From: Octopus vulgaris
Taxonomy: Eukaryota
Direction: 5' to 3'
DNA: 64,000 nucleotides
Assembly: GCA_951406725.2 (NCBI GenBank)
Contig: OX597817.1
Span: forward strand, 80,786,001 to 80,850,000
The notes under the pieces: generated by a model
What the model was told of the DNA's origin: nothing
Databases searched by the model: none
Seen by the model: only the letters and a program-made list of their open reading frames with translations
Made by a program: the position numbers and the translations under genes
Shown: positions 13,620 to 26,465 of the stretch, piece by piece
Layout: every line of letters begins with the position of its first letter
How positions within the stretch are numbered: position 1 is the stretch's first letter

Positions 13620-16161
13620 TTTGGCATCCTTTCTGTCTCGGGAGACAATGGAGTTGCGCATTTTTTTTTTTTTTTTTTTTTTTAGGTCTAGTCCGGCTGT
13701 TATATTTTATTTCCTGTTACATTTGTTGCTCTGTGGCTGTGTAGTCCTATCCTGGACAAACACTCCCTCTGGCAGGTACTGCAAATGTAGCGAAGACTGT
13801 TCCTGGCTGGTTGTAGTGCCATGGTCTCTTGTTTATGTCTCTTCCTTTCTTTCCATTTCTCCTCTCTCTTTCTGTCACTCCTCTGTATACCCTCTTTTAC
13901 TGTACGTCGCCATTCTCCACGGTTGCCGGCGACTGCCTCCCAACCGCTAATGTTGATGTTGCAGGCCTTCATATCCCTTTTGCAAACATCCTTGTAACGT
14001 AAGATCGGTCTACCCACAGACCTAGTACCCCTAGCAAGCTCTCCGTAGAGTATGTCCTTGGGGATTCTGCCATCTTTCATACGGCTAACATGCCCAAGCC
14101 ATCTCATATGTCTTTGTGTGAGGAGTGCAAACATGCTTGGTATTCCTGCTTGCCTGAGGACATCTTTGTTGGGGATATGATTCTGCCATTTGATGTGGAG
14201 GATTTTTCGGAGGCAGCGCAGGTGAAAGATGTTTAGGCGACGCTCTTGGCGTGTGTATAGCGTCCAGGTCTCGCTTCCATACAGTAGAGTGCTGAGTACA
14301 CATGCCTGGTAGATCTTCATTTTTGTGGTCTTGGTCAGCTTATTGTTGTCCCAAGCCCGTTTGGAGAGTTGGGCCATCGCAGCAGCTGCCTTGCCAATGC
14401 GTATATTGAGCTCAGCGTCAAGGGATAGGTTGTAGGTGACAGTAGAGCCCAGATAGGTAAATTTCTCCACCTCTTGTAATCTGTGGTCTCCAAGATGTAT
14501 GTTTGGGATGTCCGATGTAGCCTGGCCCATGATGTTGGTCTTCTTAAGGCTGATAGCTAAGCCAAAGTTGTTACATGCTTGCTCAAAACAGTTAATGAGC
14601 CTTTGGAGGGCTTCTTCTGTGTGTGTTACCAGAGCGGCATCATCAGCAAATAACATCTCCTTGATCAGGACGTTTCTGATTTTGGTCTTGGCACGCAGGC
14701 GCGAGAGATTGAACAGTTTCCCGTCACTTCTACTGTGCAGAAACACTCCATCATCTGATGTCTGAAAGGCATGTGACAGCAAGAGTGAGAAGAAGATGCC
14801 AAACAATGTAGGAGCGAGGACACAGCCTTGCTTTACCCCGTTTTTAATTTGGAAGGCGGCTGATGTTGAACCGTTGTGCTGTATGGTGCCTTGCATGTCA
14901 TCATGGAAAGACTTGATGATCCTCAGCAGCTTTGGTGGACATCCGATTTTTTGGAGCAGGAGGAAGACGCCTGTTCTGCTTACCGAGTCAAAAGCCTTTG
15001 TTAGATCAATGAAGGCCATATATAATGGCATTTTCTGCTCTCTGGACTTCTCCTGAAGTTGGCGTATGGAGAATATCATATCGATAGTTGATCTGCTTCT
15101 TCTAAAGACACACACTGCGATTCCGGATAGATTCGAGAAGCAAGTAGTTGTAGCCTGGCCAGGATAACGCGGGCAAAGGTCTTTCCAACAGTGCTTAGAA
15201 GGGATATACCACGGTAATTGTTACAATCACCACGGTCACCTTTGTTTTTGTAGAGCGTAATGATGTTGGCATCCCGCATATCCTGAGGGACTGTACCCTC
15301 TTCCCAGCACTGACACAAGCTCATGAAGGTGCCGAAGCAGGATGGTGTTTTTGCCGGCTTTGATGATCTCTGAGGGGATGCCGTCTTTTCCCGGAGCCTT
15401 ATTTCTTGCTAGGGAGTCAACAGCCTTGGTGAGCTCTGCTATAGATGGCGGACTGTCAAGTTCGCACATGACTGGCAAGATCTTGACACTCTCGACTGCA
15501 GCCTCAGCCACTGTGGTCTCCCGTGAGTAGAGATCCTGGTAGTGCTCCACCCATCTATCCATTTGCTTGCCTTGATCCCTGATGAGATCTCCAGTAGTTG
15601 ATTTCAGAGGGGCTGACTTGGTTGCGGATGGACCGAGGGCCTTCTTCAAACCAGCATACATCCCACGGGTGTCGCCCCTGTCAGCAGCTGACTGGATACT
15701 CTGACAGATTTCCTGCCAATACCTATTTGCACAGCATCTGGCTGTCAGTTGGGTTTTATTTCGTGCCTTTCTGAGTTCTTCGAGTGACTTTGTAGAAGAG
15801 TCACTCTTGTATTGCACCAGAGCTGCACGCTTTGCTTCGATAACTGGCTCCAGCTCTGAGAGCCCAGCATTGAATCAATCTGGGTTTTGCCTTTCTCTCA
15901 TGCCGAAAGTATCCAATGATGTCGTATACAAGGCTTCCCTGATATAGTCCCACCTACTTTCAGCAGAGGAGGTTGGGCAGCTACTGAGGGCAACCTTGAT
16001 AGAAGCAGCAAAACATTTTCGCAGTGTAGGGTCCGAGGTTCTGGCGATGCGTGGTCGGCCCACTTTCTTGGAGCGATGGACTTTTTTAGGGAGAATCCTC
16101 ACCCTGCTTCTAATTAGTGAGTGGTCTGTGTCACAATCCGCACTGTGGTAACTGCGGGTCA
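13620..16161 (-). mobile_element. 5'-truncated RTE-clade LINE
   Basis: APE C-terminal SYHSADCDTDHSL, RT motifs, C-terminal C-x2-C...H-x-H, and a short 3' UTR stem-loop TGTCTCCCGAGACA before the TG-rich flank. Confidence 0.95.
13700..15817 (-). pseudogene. RTE ORF2 reverse transcriptase (frameshifted; 471-aa open segment)
   Basis: KAPGKDGIPSE, NYRGISLLS, AFIDLTKAFDSV, GVKQGCVLAPTLF, LFADDAAL, FTYLGS, LRWLGHV-like MRWLGHV. Two frameshifts near 15115 and 15320. Confidence 0.95.
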
Positions 16162-16164
16162 ATA

Positions 16165-17190
16165 GAGTGTGTGTGTGTATGGTGTGTGTATGTATGAGTG
16201 TGTGTTGTGTGTGTATGGGAGGTATGTGTGTGTGTGTATATATGTGTGTACGTGTAAGTGTATGTGCGTGTGTACATGTGTGAGTATGTATGTGCGTGTG
16301 CATGTGTGTGCGCGTGTGTATATGTGTGCATGCATATGCGTGTGAACGAGCGGTTGTGTTTGGAGGTATATGTGCGATATTTTGCGCGTGTATGCGTGTG
16401 CGTGTGTGCGTGGGGTTGCGTGTGGCGTTTCTATAGGGGTATATGTGCGTCCCTGTGTGTGTGTGCGTGCGTGTACTTACGTGCGTGCGTGCGTGCATGT
16501 ATGTGCAGGTGTGTTTGTGCCCATGTGTGTATAATTGTGTGTGTGTTGTATGTGTGGGAGGTATGTATACGTACATGAGCGTGTGTATGTATGTGTATGT
16601 ACGTGTGTACATATGTGTGTATGTGCGTGAGTATATGTGTGTGTATGTGTGAGTTCATGTGTGTATGTGTGTGTGTGTATATGTGTGTGTGAACGTGGAG
16701 ATGTGTGTCGAGTTATGTGTTCATTTGCATGCGTGTATGCGCGTGTGCTTGTGTATGTATGTGTGTGTGGTTGTGCGAACGTGTATACGTTTATGTGTGC
16801 ATGTGTGCGTGTATATAGGTGTGTATCTGTGTGTGCGTGGGGTTGTGTGTGTTAGGTATCTGAGCATTTCTGTGCATGTGTATGTGTGTGTGCGTTTGTG
16901 TACGTGTGTGTGTTCGCGTGTGCGTGTATGTGTGTGCACGTGGGTGTATGTGCATGTGTATGTGTGTGTGCGTGTGTGTGTACGTATGTGCGTGCGTGTG
17001 TGTGCGTGTGTATGTGCGTGTGTGTATGCGTGTGGAAGTATGTGCGTGTGTATATGTGCATATATTGTGTTGTATGTGTGTGGTATATGTGGGAGGTATA
17101 TGTGCGTTCATGTGTGTGCACGGGTGCGTGTATTTTTTCGTGAGTGTGGATATGTACGTGTGTGAGTGTATGTATGTATGCGTATATATA
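16165..17190. repeat. ~1-kb degenerate (TG)n/(TATG)n low-complexity tract
   Basis: Seen directly. A similar tract flanks the other side of the RTE at 13120-13620. Confidence 0.9.
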
Positions 17191-17774
17191 GAATAAAAAT
17201 TAGAGAGAAAGAGAGAGGAAGACAAACAGACAGAGACAGATAGATAACCAGATTTGTGCGATTTAAATTACATGTCATACAAAGAGTATTTATAGCTCCA
17301 TGTGCATCTTAATACACTGGAAGAAAAAATTGTAATGCGTATCGATGTACTGTAGTTTCCTTCTGCTTCTCTACATGGAAAACTAATATAGCTAAAAGGA
17401 CAAAACGCACCACGTGGTCCAAGGAACGAAGCCACACATTTGTAAACTGTGACCTATCAACCTAACCAGTAAGCTACGTTAATGTATGCATAGAGGAATA
17501 TATACATACAGGCAGACATACGTACATATGTGTATGTATGTATGTATGTATGTATGTATCTATGCATGTATGCATGTATGTATGTATGTAAAGATAACGG
17601 TTGGGCAAAAGCGTCCGATAGAATAAGTACCAGGCTTACAACGAATAAGTCCAGGGATCGATATCTTCGACTAAAATGCAGTGCTTAAGCATGGTCATAG
17701 TCAAAATGATTGAAACTACTAAAAGAGTAAAAGAGTATATACATATATTATATCATATATATATATAATATATA

Positions 17775-18008
17775 TATCACGTGATCACGTGACCGACCAG
17801 ACCATCAGACGTTGTTACACATCGCTGGTCACAATGCATTCGCATTCTTTTAGCCTTCGAATGACGCCACCCCGCTGGCTAAGCGTGCAAGCCAACAGAA
17901 GAAAGAGTGGTGAAAGAGTACAGCAGGGATCACCACCCCCTGCCAGAGCATCGTGGAGCTTTTTAGGTGTTTTCGCTCAATAAACACTCACAACGCCCGG
18001 TCTGGGAA
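17775..18008 (-). mobile_element. Group C SINE variant with an alternative 3' tail (5'-truncated)
   Basis: Body matches 31745-32047 (GTTTATTGAGCGAAAACACCTAAA..GCTCCACGA). The tail ends GGTCGGTCACGTGATCACGTGATA, as at 48361-48482. Confidence 0.75.
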
Positions 18009-18605
<597 letters not shown>

Positions 18606-18607
18606 TA

Positions 18608-19115
18608 TTGGGTCATCCCATAAATAATGCGGTTTTTCAGTTGCCTGAAATAAAAGTCGGAAGGGTACGAGATAAGCTACCAGCTTCAAATTGCAATAAA
18701 ACCAGGTAGTAATTTTACCTTGTTCTTATTCGTAGGGAAAGTTTAGAACAGTGCAGTTCGATTTTAACAGTTATTTTTTCAAAGCTGCAATGGAAGTGAC
18801 AAAGAGCATATTCGGCATATTTTGCTTTATGAGTTCAATAAAGACAACAACGTAAGGGAAAGTGCGAGGAATATTAATGCAGTATATGGGGATCGGACAA
18901 TAAGCGTATGCCAGTGTCAACGGTGCTTCCAGAAATTCCGAGCCGGAAACTACAACCTAGAAGACGAGCCTCATCCCGGAATGTTTGTAGAGCTCGAGAA
19001 CGACGTTCTGCACACCCTGGTGGAACAAAATACCATCGAAACTGTTGAGGAACAAGCAGAGAAACTTGGATTTGGTCATTCAACCATTCATCGACACCTG
19101 CGTGCCATGGCAAAA
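18608..19115 (+). mobile_element. Mariner (DD34D) 5' fragment with transposase N-terminal HTH pseudogene
   Basis: TIR-like TA|TTGGGTCATCCCATAAATAATGCGG. From ATG 18790: MEVTK..ILLYEFNKDNNVRESARNINAVYGD...FQKFRAGNYNLEDEPHPG...STIHRHL. Confidence 0.85.
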
Positions 19116-19559
19116 ACCAGCAATTTTGTCGGTGGCCCTCCCATTTGATAGGGGCAGAAGGAAGTGCAACCTTTGTGTCTCTGAGCTTTTCCATATATTG
19201 TTCGCCAGAGACCGAATGGTAAACGGACTTTTGCAGTCGGCTTTTCGATGCCCCCATTGGCGGCGTTTTACTTATCTTGCTTATAAATGACGCTTACAAA
19301 TGATACCTGCACCCGGTTACCCTACTTATATGAAAATAGCCCTTGCAAATAATTTTTTGAAAAAGCTTTTTAAGATAGATTTGATTAACCATTGCAAGGG
19401 GAATTACTCCCATTAGGCGAATGGTGTTTTGTTTTGACGACGTGAGGTGTTTTTTTGACAAAGCATGATTAGACGAACACACGAACACATAAAATTATTT
19501 TCTGCCGCCTGACAGATTTTTCAGCAGTGACCATTGTGCAGTGTTTTTTACCAACTTAC

Positions 19560-20161
19560 GGCCGCGCACATATAGAACAGTTCACACACACATGTTTCTA
19601 AGTAGATTTTGCCTCGCCCCACATAATACACCTAATATTCTTAAAATAGTCAGAACCTTAGTCTCGATCACAAAGAACATCTACGCACCCCATGCTCTCA
19701 CCCACCGGATTGACCGCTGCCTGACCTGTAAATATCTTCAACGCGCCCACCACCCGATTTCAACATTGATAAACAGTTTGACCATGGGCTCTTAGGAGCC
19801 TCCTCGTTCGATTTGTTTTGCTGCGCCTCTGTTCTGTTTTTGTTCTGCCAACGGAATTCCTATTTCTTCCTGAAGAGAAAGACACAATATGGTCTCCTTA
19901 TTCAATCGGAATTTGGTAAATTGTGGCTTTCGAAACACGTGTAGAAGAATGCAATAAAAGGATTTCTGTTCAATCTTCGTTCAACTCCATTTCTTCAATT
20001 CACTAATAATATTAAAATTCAATTATCCGCACCAACGCACGGTTGCAACACCATATGGTTGTACCTCCAACCGTGCTTTCTTCTGCTGCGATTTTTGCTA
20101 CCAAGGTATCGGTTCAACTTTTGATTAATCTGCAACAAGATTATTCATCTTTCTATTTCAC

Positions 20162-20163
<2 letters not shown>
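19560..20163 (+). mobile_element. Penelope-like remnant with terminal repeat (pLTR)
   Basis: RCLTCKYL linker-like motif, hammerhead, AATAAA just after it, and an abrupt end at (TA)n. Confidence 0.65.
19864..19949 (+). ncRNA. Minimal type I hammerhead ribozyme
   Basis: Stem I TTCTTC/GAAGAA; core CTGAAGA; stem II GAAAGACACAAT/ATTGTGGCTTTC (11 of 12 pairs); GAAAC-ACGT-GTA. Predicted cleavage after 19943. Confidence 0.8.
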
Positions 20164-20245
<82 letters not shown>

Positions 20246-20301
20246 TATGTATGTAAGTATGTATGTATGCATGTATATGTGTGTGCGCTTATGAATGTAT
20301 G

Positions 20302-20354
<53 letters not shown>

Positions 20355-20621
20355 CACACACATATATATTCCAGTGATTATGTTTATGTTTTGTTTTCAG
20401 CTGGTGTGTTGCGGTTAGTCCCTTCATGACAAAAACGTAATCTAACGAATCGATATATAAACAGTGATAAAATAAGTACTAGGCTTGACCTGATCGACTA
20501 AAGCACTTCAGAGCTGCTGTTCCAGTATGACTACAATTTAATGGTTGAAACCACTCTACAGTACGGAAGTGCCTAGTCAGCCGTGTACGAGTCTCTTCAG
20601 GCAGCCCAAGTTTTATTTAAT

Positions 20622-20795
20622 CAAGGATCCCCCCCAGCAGGCTAACAAACAAGTTAGCAAAACAACCCGCTAACAAACCAACTGAGCAAATGGTCAAGAA
20701 CCTCGCCAGCGAGCTACCCAACTTGTTAGTCAAGGAATCCGTCAGCAACCTACCCAACTAGTTTGTCAAGGAACCCGCTAGCAAGCCAGCCGATG
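20622..20795. repeat. 36-bp minisatellite, about 5 diverged copies
   Basis: Units such as CAAGAACCTCGCCAGCGAGCTACCCAACTTGTTAGT and CAAGGAATCCGTCAGCAACCTACCCAACTAGTTTGT. Confidence 0.75.
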
Positions 20796-21032
20796 TATCA
20801 GTAGGCCCGCCAGAAGAAGAAAAAAAACACTCAGGAATCCGCTATTTAAATAAGTTAATAACCAACCCCTTCGCTCGTCTGTCTTTCTGTAAAACTGTTT
20901 TCACCTCTTCCAGTTTCAACATTATTTTACAGAGATGTCACATCGTGTAAACGTCAAAAAATGAGAAAGATAAAGAGAAAACGAAAGCGGCTGAGAGAAG
21001 GAGAGAGTTTTTAGAGACTGATTTTTTAAAAA

Positions 21033-21093
<61 letters not shown>

Positions 21094-21111
21094 CATAATA
21101 ATAATAATAAC

Positions 21112-21173
<62 letters not shown>

Positions 21174-21564
21174 GCAAGCAAGCAATGTTGATACATCAGA
21201 TAGTGGCTGACATTTCTGCCAGTTCCAGGCAGCTCAACCAATAACGCCATTTCCTAGTTAATATAACTTTTTAATTAAGATACACACCACAAAAATTCGC
21301 CAGATTTCTTCTTCCTTATTTCGACTTGCTGCTGGTGCTGCCGCTGCTGCTGTTCACGTTGGTGCGGTTCTGGGCTGCTACAGCTGCTGGTTATGCTGCT
21401 TCTGGAGGTGCTGAGAGTGCTACTTTTACCATTATCACGATTATTGTAAACATTTAAAAAAAACTTTGTTTGTTGCTGGTTTCCTAAGAATTTTGTATGT
21501 GTTTATGTATATGTATGTATGTGTGCGTGTGTATGTATGTATGTATACATATACATATGTATGC

Positions 21565-21611
<47 letters not shown>

Positions 21612-21712
21612 TATGTGTGTGTGTGTATGGGCATACAAACCTGCATATATATATATACATTTATGTATATGCGCGCTATATGTATGTATATATATATATA
21701 TGTATGTATGAA

Positions 21713-21761
<49 letters not shown>

Positions 21762-21901
21762 GTGTATGGGAGTGTGTGTATATATATAATGTTTCGTCCG
21801 TTTTTTAAAAATGTTTTCGCTTTTGATCACATTTCCAATCGTAGTTTTCACTGTCCATATCTATTATTATTATTGTTGTTGTTGTTGTTGTTGTCGTCGT
21901 C

Positions 21902-21972
<71 letters not shown>

Positions 21973-22729
21973 CAGTATTATTTTTATTATTAACATCATC
22001 ATCATCATTATTATTGATGCCAATAATATTAATTTCTGTCATTATTCCCACCATTACTTCTTCTACTCATCCTTCTCGTCATCACTTTTATTTATTCATT
22101 TAATGAATTATTTGTTTATTTATTCATTGTTTGTTTGTTTTTTCTATTTTCCTACTTCTTCTGATTCCATAATATACTTTCGTTTTTCATATCTTCGACA
22201 CCAATGATTTCGTCCTAGTCGTTGGCATCCGCATCCTTCCCTTCTCCTCTGTCTCATCATCTTCTTATTAACCATGAGCCTCATCACCACAACCAAAATT
22301 GTTTTCATTTACATAATCATCATCATCATCATCATCGTTACCGTCAGCATCTTTATCATCATCGCCATCGTTATCAACGAAGAAGTCATTGTCATCATTA
22401 TCATCGACATTTGTTGTCGTTATTGACGTCTTCGTCATCATCATCAACAACAATAACAGCATCTTATTTCACCAGCATCTTATTTCACCATCAATATCAT
22501 CAACACCATCACTAGCATCACCATTAACTTCACCATTCTCAGCGCCATCTTCATTATGATATCGTCATCGTAATCTTAAACAATGTTACCTCACCATCAT
22601 CATCGTCGTTGTCGTCGACGTCCTCTTAATCATTACCATCATCATCATGATTACCACTAATACCTTCATCATCATCATCATCATCATCATGTTAAGCATT
22701 ACCCCTAATATCATATAAATCATTGATCA

Positions 22730-23125
22730 AAGAAAGGAGAAAAACTTTGTGCATGATACAGACAATCTTACATTTAAAATACTGTACCGTACACACTTAT
22801 AAAGAGGTCTTGCCGCTGTTTCCGGGATATTATATATATCATTTCATCAGAGACGATGCGAGAAAATGTTTAAGTAATAGTTATTATAGAGAAGAAACGA
22901 AATACAGAGTGAAGTAGAGTAATAAAAACAGACGTGAGACATGTAAGGATATTGTATTTGCTGTTCTATTATTTAAGCAGAATGGTGTGTATATAAGTTT
23001 CCTGTACCTTGTGTGTTTGTTCCAATGGTGTGTATAATAATTGGTCATTCCAATCATAGAGTTTTGTAAACGGTGCTATTCGATCGAGGGTGACTTAAAA
23101 GTTGGGAATGTGTTTGTAAGGTCAA
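22730..23125 (-). mobile_element. Penelope-like 3' remnant with decayed hammerhead
   Basis: KVQETYI-type GIY-YIG C-terminal remnant, then GTCT-CTGATGA-..GATAT..ATATC..-GAAAC-AGCG-GCA-AGAC at 22807-22854. Confidence 0.55.
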
Positions 23126-23299
23126 ATCAAAACAAGAAGAGACAAAAAAGGAGAGAGACAATAAACAAATGAAGAAAGAGGTGTGCTAGCTAGTGGTCAG
23201 GATAAAATGATAGAAGGAAGAGAGAGGTGAGGGAGAGAGAGAGGAAGAGATGAGAGGGTGAAGAGTAAAAGAGTGTGAGGTATGTTGAGAGCTTATATA

Positions 23300-23505
23300 T
23301 ATAATCCCCAAAACGAAGAAAGAAACACATCAACAAGAATATAACAACAACGCGAGAACGTGGTACATGCAACGTATGAACAGGTGTTCAGAGAAGTGAA
23401 AAAATGTAGTTTTTACGTTTCGAGCAAAGCTCTTCTTCAGGAACAGGAGACAGAGGAAATTCCAAAAGAAAAGGAAGACGGAGGAAATAAATCGACAACA
23501 ACCTA
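23300..23505 (-). mobile_element. Short Penelope-terminus-like element with hammerhead core
   Basis: Minus strand CTGAAGA-A-GAGC-TTT-GCTC-GAAAC-GTA at 23414-23440. Confidence 0.6.
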
Positions 23506-23566
23506 CATAGTTACATACTAACAAACATATAGAGGTATACATGAATACACACGCATATAAATTTGT

Positions 23567-23618
<52 letters not shown>

Positions 23619-24779
23619 GTGTGTGTGTGTGTTCAAACACATACAAATACAGTATTTAGCGTTGCACATCATTTTAAGTTTCGTGACAGTGAAAGCTATT
23701 ATAAATTGCATAAAGACCTATGAATTTTACTCACTATTATTAAACAATATAACTTGACGCGAGCATATATGGTATAATAAACAAAAATGTGTAATCTCAA
23801 TTAATTAAATGGATACTGTAAGGAATCATAATAATTATTTTTAAAATAAATAATTCATTTCTGGTCAAATTTAGAAAGAATTGTTATGGATTTCTGTTTC
23901 CATTTTTCAACAACATCGCTCAGTAAACGTATGAAGGTAGCAAAATAGAAAACATAACATTTATACATACACAAATTATACATGTAAAAGTAACTGCAAG
24001 TTGATAACACATTTAGAAAAATAAACCAAGAAACGTTTATATTTTTCTGCAAAAATGATGCTATTGAGAAATGAAAAGAAATTTATCGACTAAAGGCGGT
24101 GCTCCAGCATTGCCGCATTCTAATGACTGAAACAAATAAAACAATGAAAGAATACTGACGCTCACTAAACTACTTTTAAGTATTCGCTTAGTTTCTCTTG
24201 CTCAGGACAGAGAAGTCTATTTTCTACATTCTCGGCGTCATTTTCTTTCATTTTAAATCTAGCATGTACATGGCTGTAAATCAAAAAATCGATACGAATG
24301 AGGTTATGATTTTAAAAGAATAATAGCGGAAAATACTTGGAGGAACCTGTTGAATGAAAGCTTAGTTTTTTTATGCATCAGACATTCTTAGTAGTAGAGA
24401 AGAGCGTTCTGCAACAACAATCACATGTTTGAGACATCTGCTTAAACTGAACAGTTAAATTTTCAGGTGCCATCATAAACAGATAACGTTATTCAAGAAG
24501 CAAATATTTGATGGTGTTTAGTACTGAGATAATGTTATATGAGCAAACGGTAAGGCTGAAAGACAGCATTTACGAATGGCTTTTGAATGAAACAATAATT
24601 TTCAAGTTGCAATTGTATTTGCCGGCGTGATTCTTAAAGTCATGGAACCGTAAAGAGAAATTTTGCTACTACAAATTATTAAGAATAATCTACGTACGTA
24701 TTGAGTACTCTCTGGTTTGTTGGAAACCACGGGTAAAATATCATACACACGCATGCATCCATACATATGTGAGCCTCTG

Positions 24780-24822
<43 letters not shown>

Positions 24823-25489
24823 CTGCATTTATGTATGTATCGCTGTGTGTGTGTTTCCGTATCTGTCTTTGAGCGCGCACCACCGCTTAAAAATCAGTGT
24901 TGGCATGTTTATATACCCGTAATATGGTGGTTCGACAAATTCTCAGACATGACGCATTGGAATTTTTAAGGTATAACAAGCAGGAGGAGAGAGATCTATT
25001 CAACAGACATTCATTTGAACCCTTTCACACAGACACACACAGAAACATACACACCTTTCCGTCTCTCTCTTCCTCTGTATATCTATATATCTAAATCTAT
25101 ACTTATCTAGATGCACATGAGTCCTTTTCTGCAATATCTTTTAATTTCGTATCTGCTATTGCCATGGATTGTACGTATGTAATTTTTAAAGATTATTAAC
25201 GTATATTCTTCCTTTGACTTAACACATCACAGATTTATCAACGGTGACGAAATGATAGTGTTAATGATGTCACCAACTCTTCAAAATACAAGACATGTTT
25301 TGAAGATTGTTACAAAGTTAATGACTTTTTTTGCAATTCAACGACCTTATCTTTAATACAATTCTTGTTCAATTCTTTTTCGGTATATGTGTTTGCTTTT
25401 ATTTTTTCCTTTCTGTAGCTATTTCTGATTTGTTTGTTTGTTTTATTATTTTTCTTTTTTCAATTTCAGTCATTCCTATAACGATAGGT

Positions 25490-26150
25490 ATTATAGATAC
25501 TTAAATAATTTTATAGCTTCCTTCCCAGATTCCGTTATATATCGATCAGCTCTCTTTCAGGACAACCGTGTTGTCATAAGGAATTAACTGAATTGTATTA
25601 TTTTTTTTATTGATCATTATTCAATCTGGTCGTTGAGAAAATTGTTTGCACAGAAAAATCGCGTAGAATTTTATTATGGACATTTTCCATTATTGTTTCC
25701 GGTTGGTGTTCAAACAAATTTCTTATTCACTTTCATACTGTACCTCTTACCCACTTCCTAATGAATGTTCTTCATCTATCCAATAAATGTCATTTTTATA
25801 ATCGCTTTCAGCCATTTTACAACATTTGCAAACAAAACAGTAAATTGCTTCATCTACATTGCCATACAACTTGTATTTATTATCAGGTATTTTATCAACT
25901 CACGTTTTTGATGTGGTTTGTTCCTAGACAGTTTTTCTACTGACATGTTTAAGCCTTCAGTTTGCCGTCATAAGATATGCCTTTTTTTAATCCTATCTGT
26001 CATTGCTTCTAAATCACTTCATTCGATTCCTGTGATACTTTTTGTCGGGTAGCTTCCTCTGCTGTAATTTGCATACGTTTAATTCTGTCTGTATACCCAT
26101 TATGACTTCGACTAGCTTGCGAAGATAAATCATTCTACGCGTTCCGTGGC
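25490..26150 (-). mobile_element. Highly decayed R4/Dong-like retrotransposon fragment
   Basis: Minus frames give MENVHNKILRDFSVQT..RPD..MINKKNN..PYDNTVVLKE, similar to the RLE region of 41215-41985. Confidence 0.5.
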
Positions 26151-26310
26151 ATACTTTGGTTTTGTGTAGACAAACATAACGTTATTTATTCTAATATTAT
26201 TTTACTGGCTTCATCACTGGATTGCGTCCATTCTGGAGTATTATCTCCAAGGGTATTTTGTCGATCATATCGACCTCAGTACTTTCTCTGAGCTTATTAT
26301 ATTGACCTAG

Positions 26311-26465
26311 AAGGCAGCGGACTGGCAGAATAGTCAGCACACCCGACAAAATGCAAAGCGGCATTTCGCCCGTCTTTATGTTCCGAGTTCAAATTTTGCT
26401 CAGGTAGACTTCGTCTTTTATCATTTCAGGTTCAACGAAATAAGTACCAGTTATGCACTGGTTAT
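26311..26465 (+). mobile_element. Group B SINE (diverged)
   Basis: AAGGCAGCGGACTGGCAGAATAGTCAGCAC...GAGTTCAAATT...AAATAAGTACCAG. Confidence 0.75.

Noticed and set aside
20622-20795. CRISPR-like 36-bp periodicity
   Set aside because: Units are directly adjacent with no unique spacers, the context is eukaryotic, and there are no cas genes.
22222-22690. His-rich ORF
   Set aside because: It is a degenerate (CAT)n tract with no splice or domain evidence.
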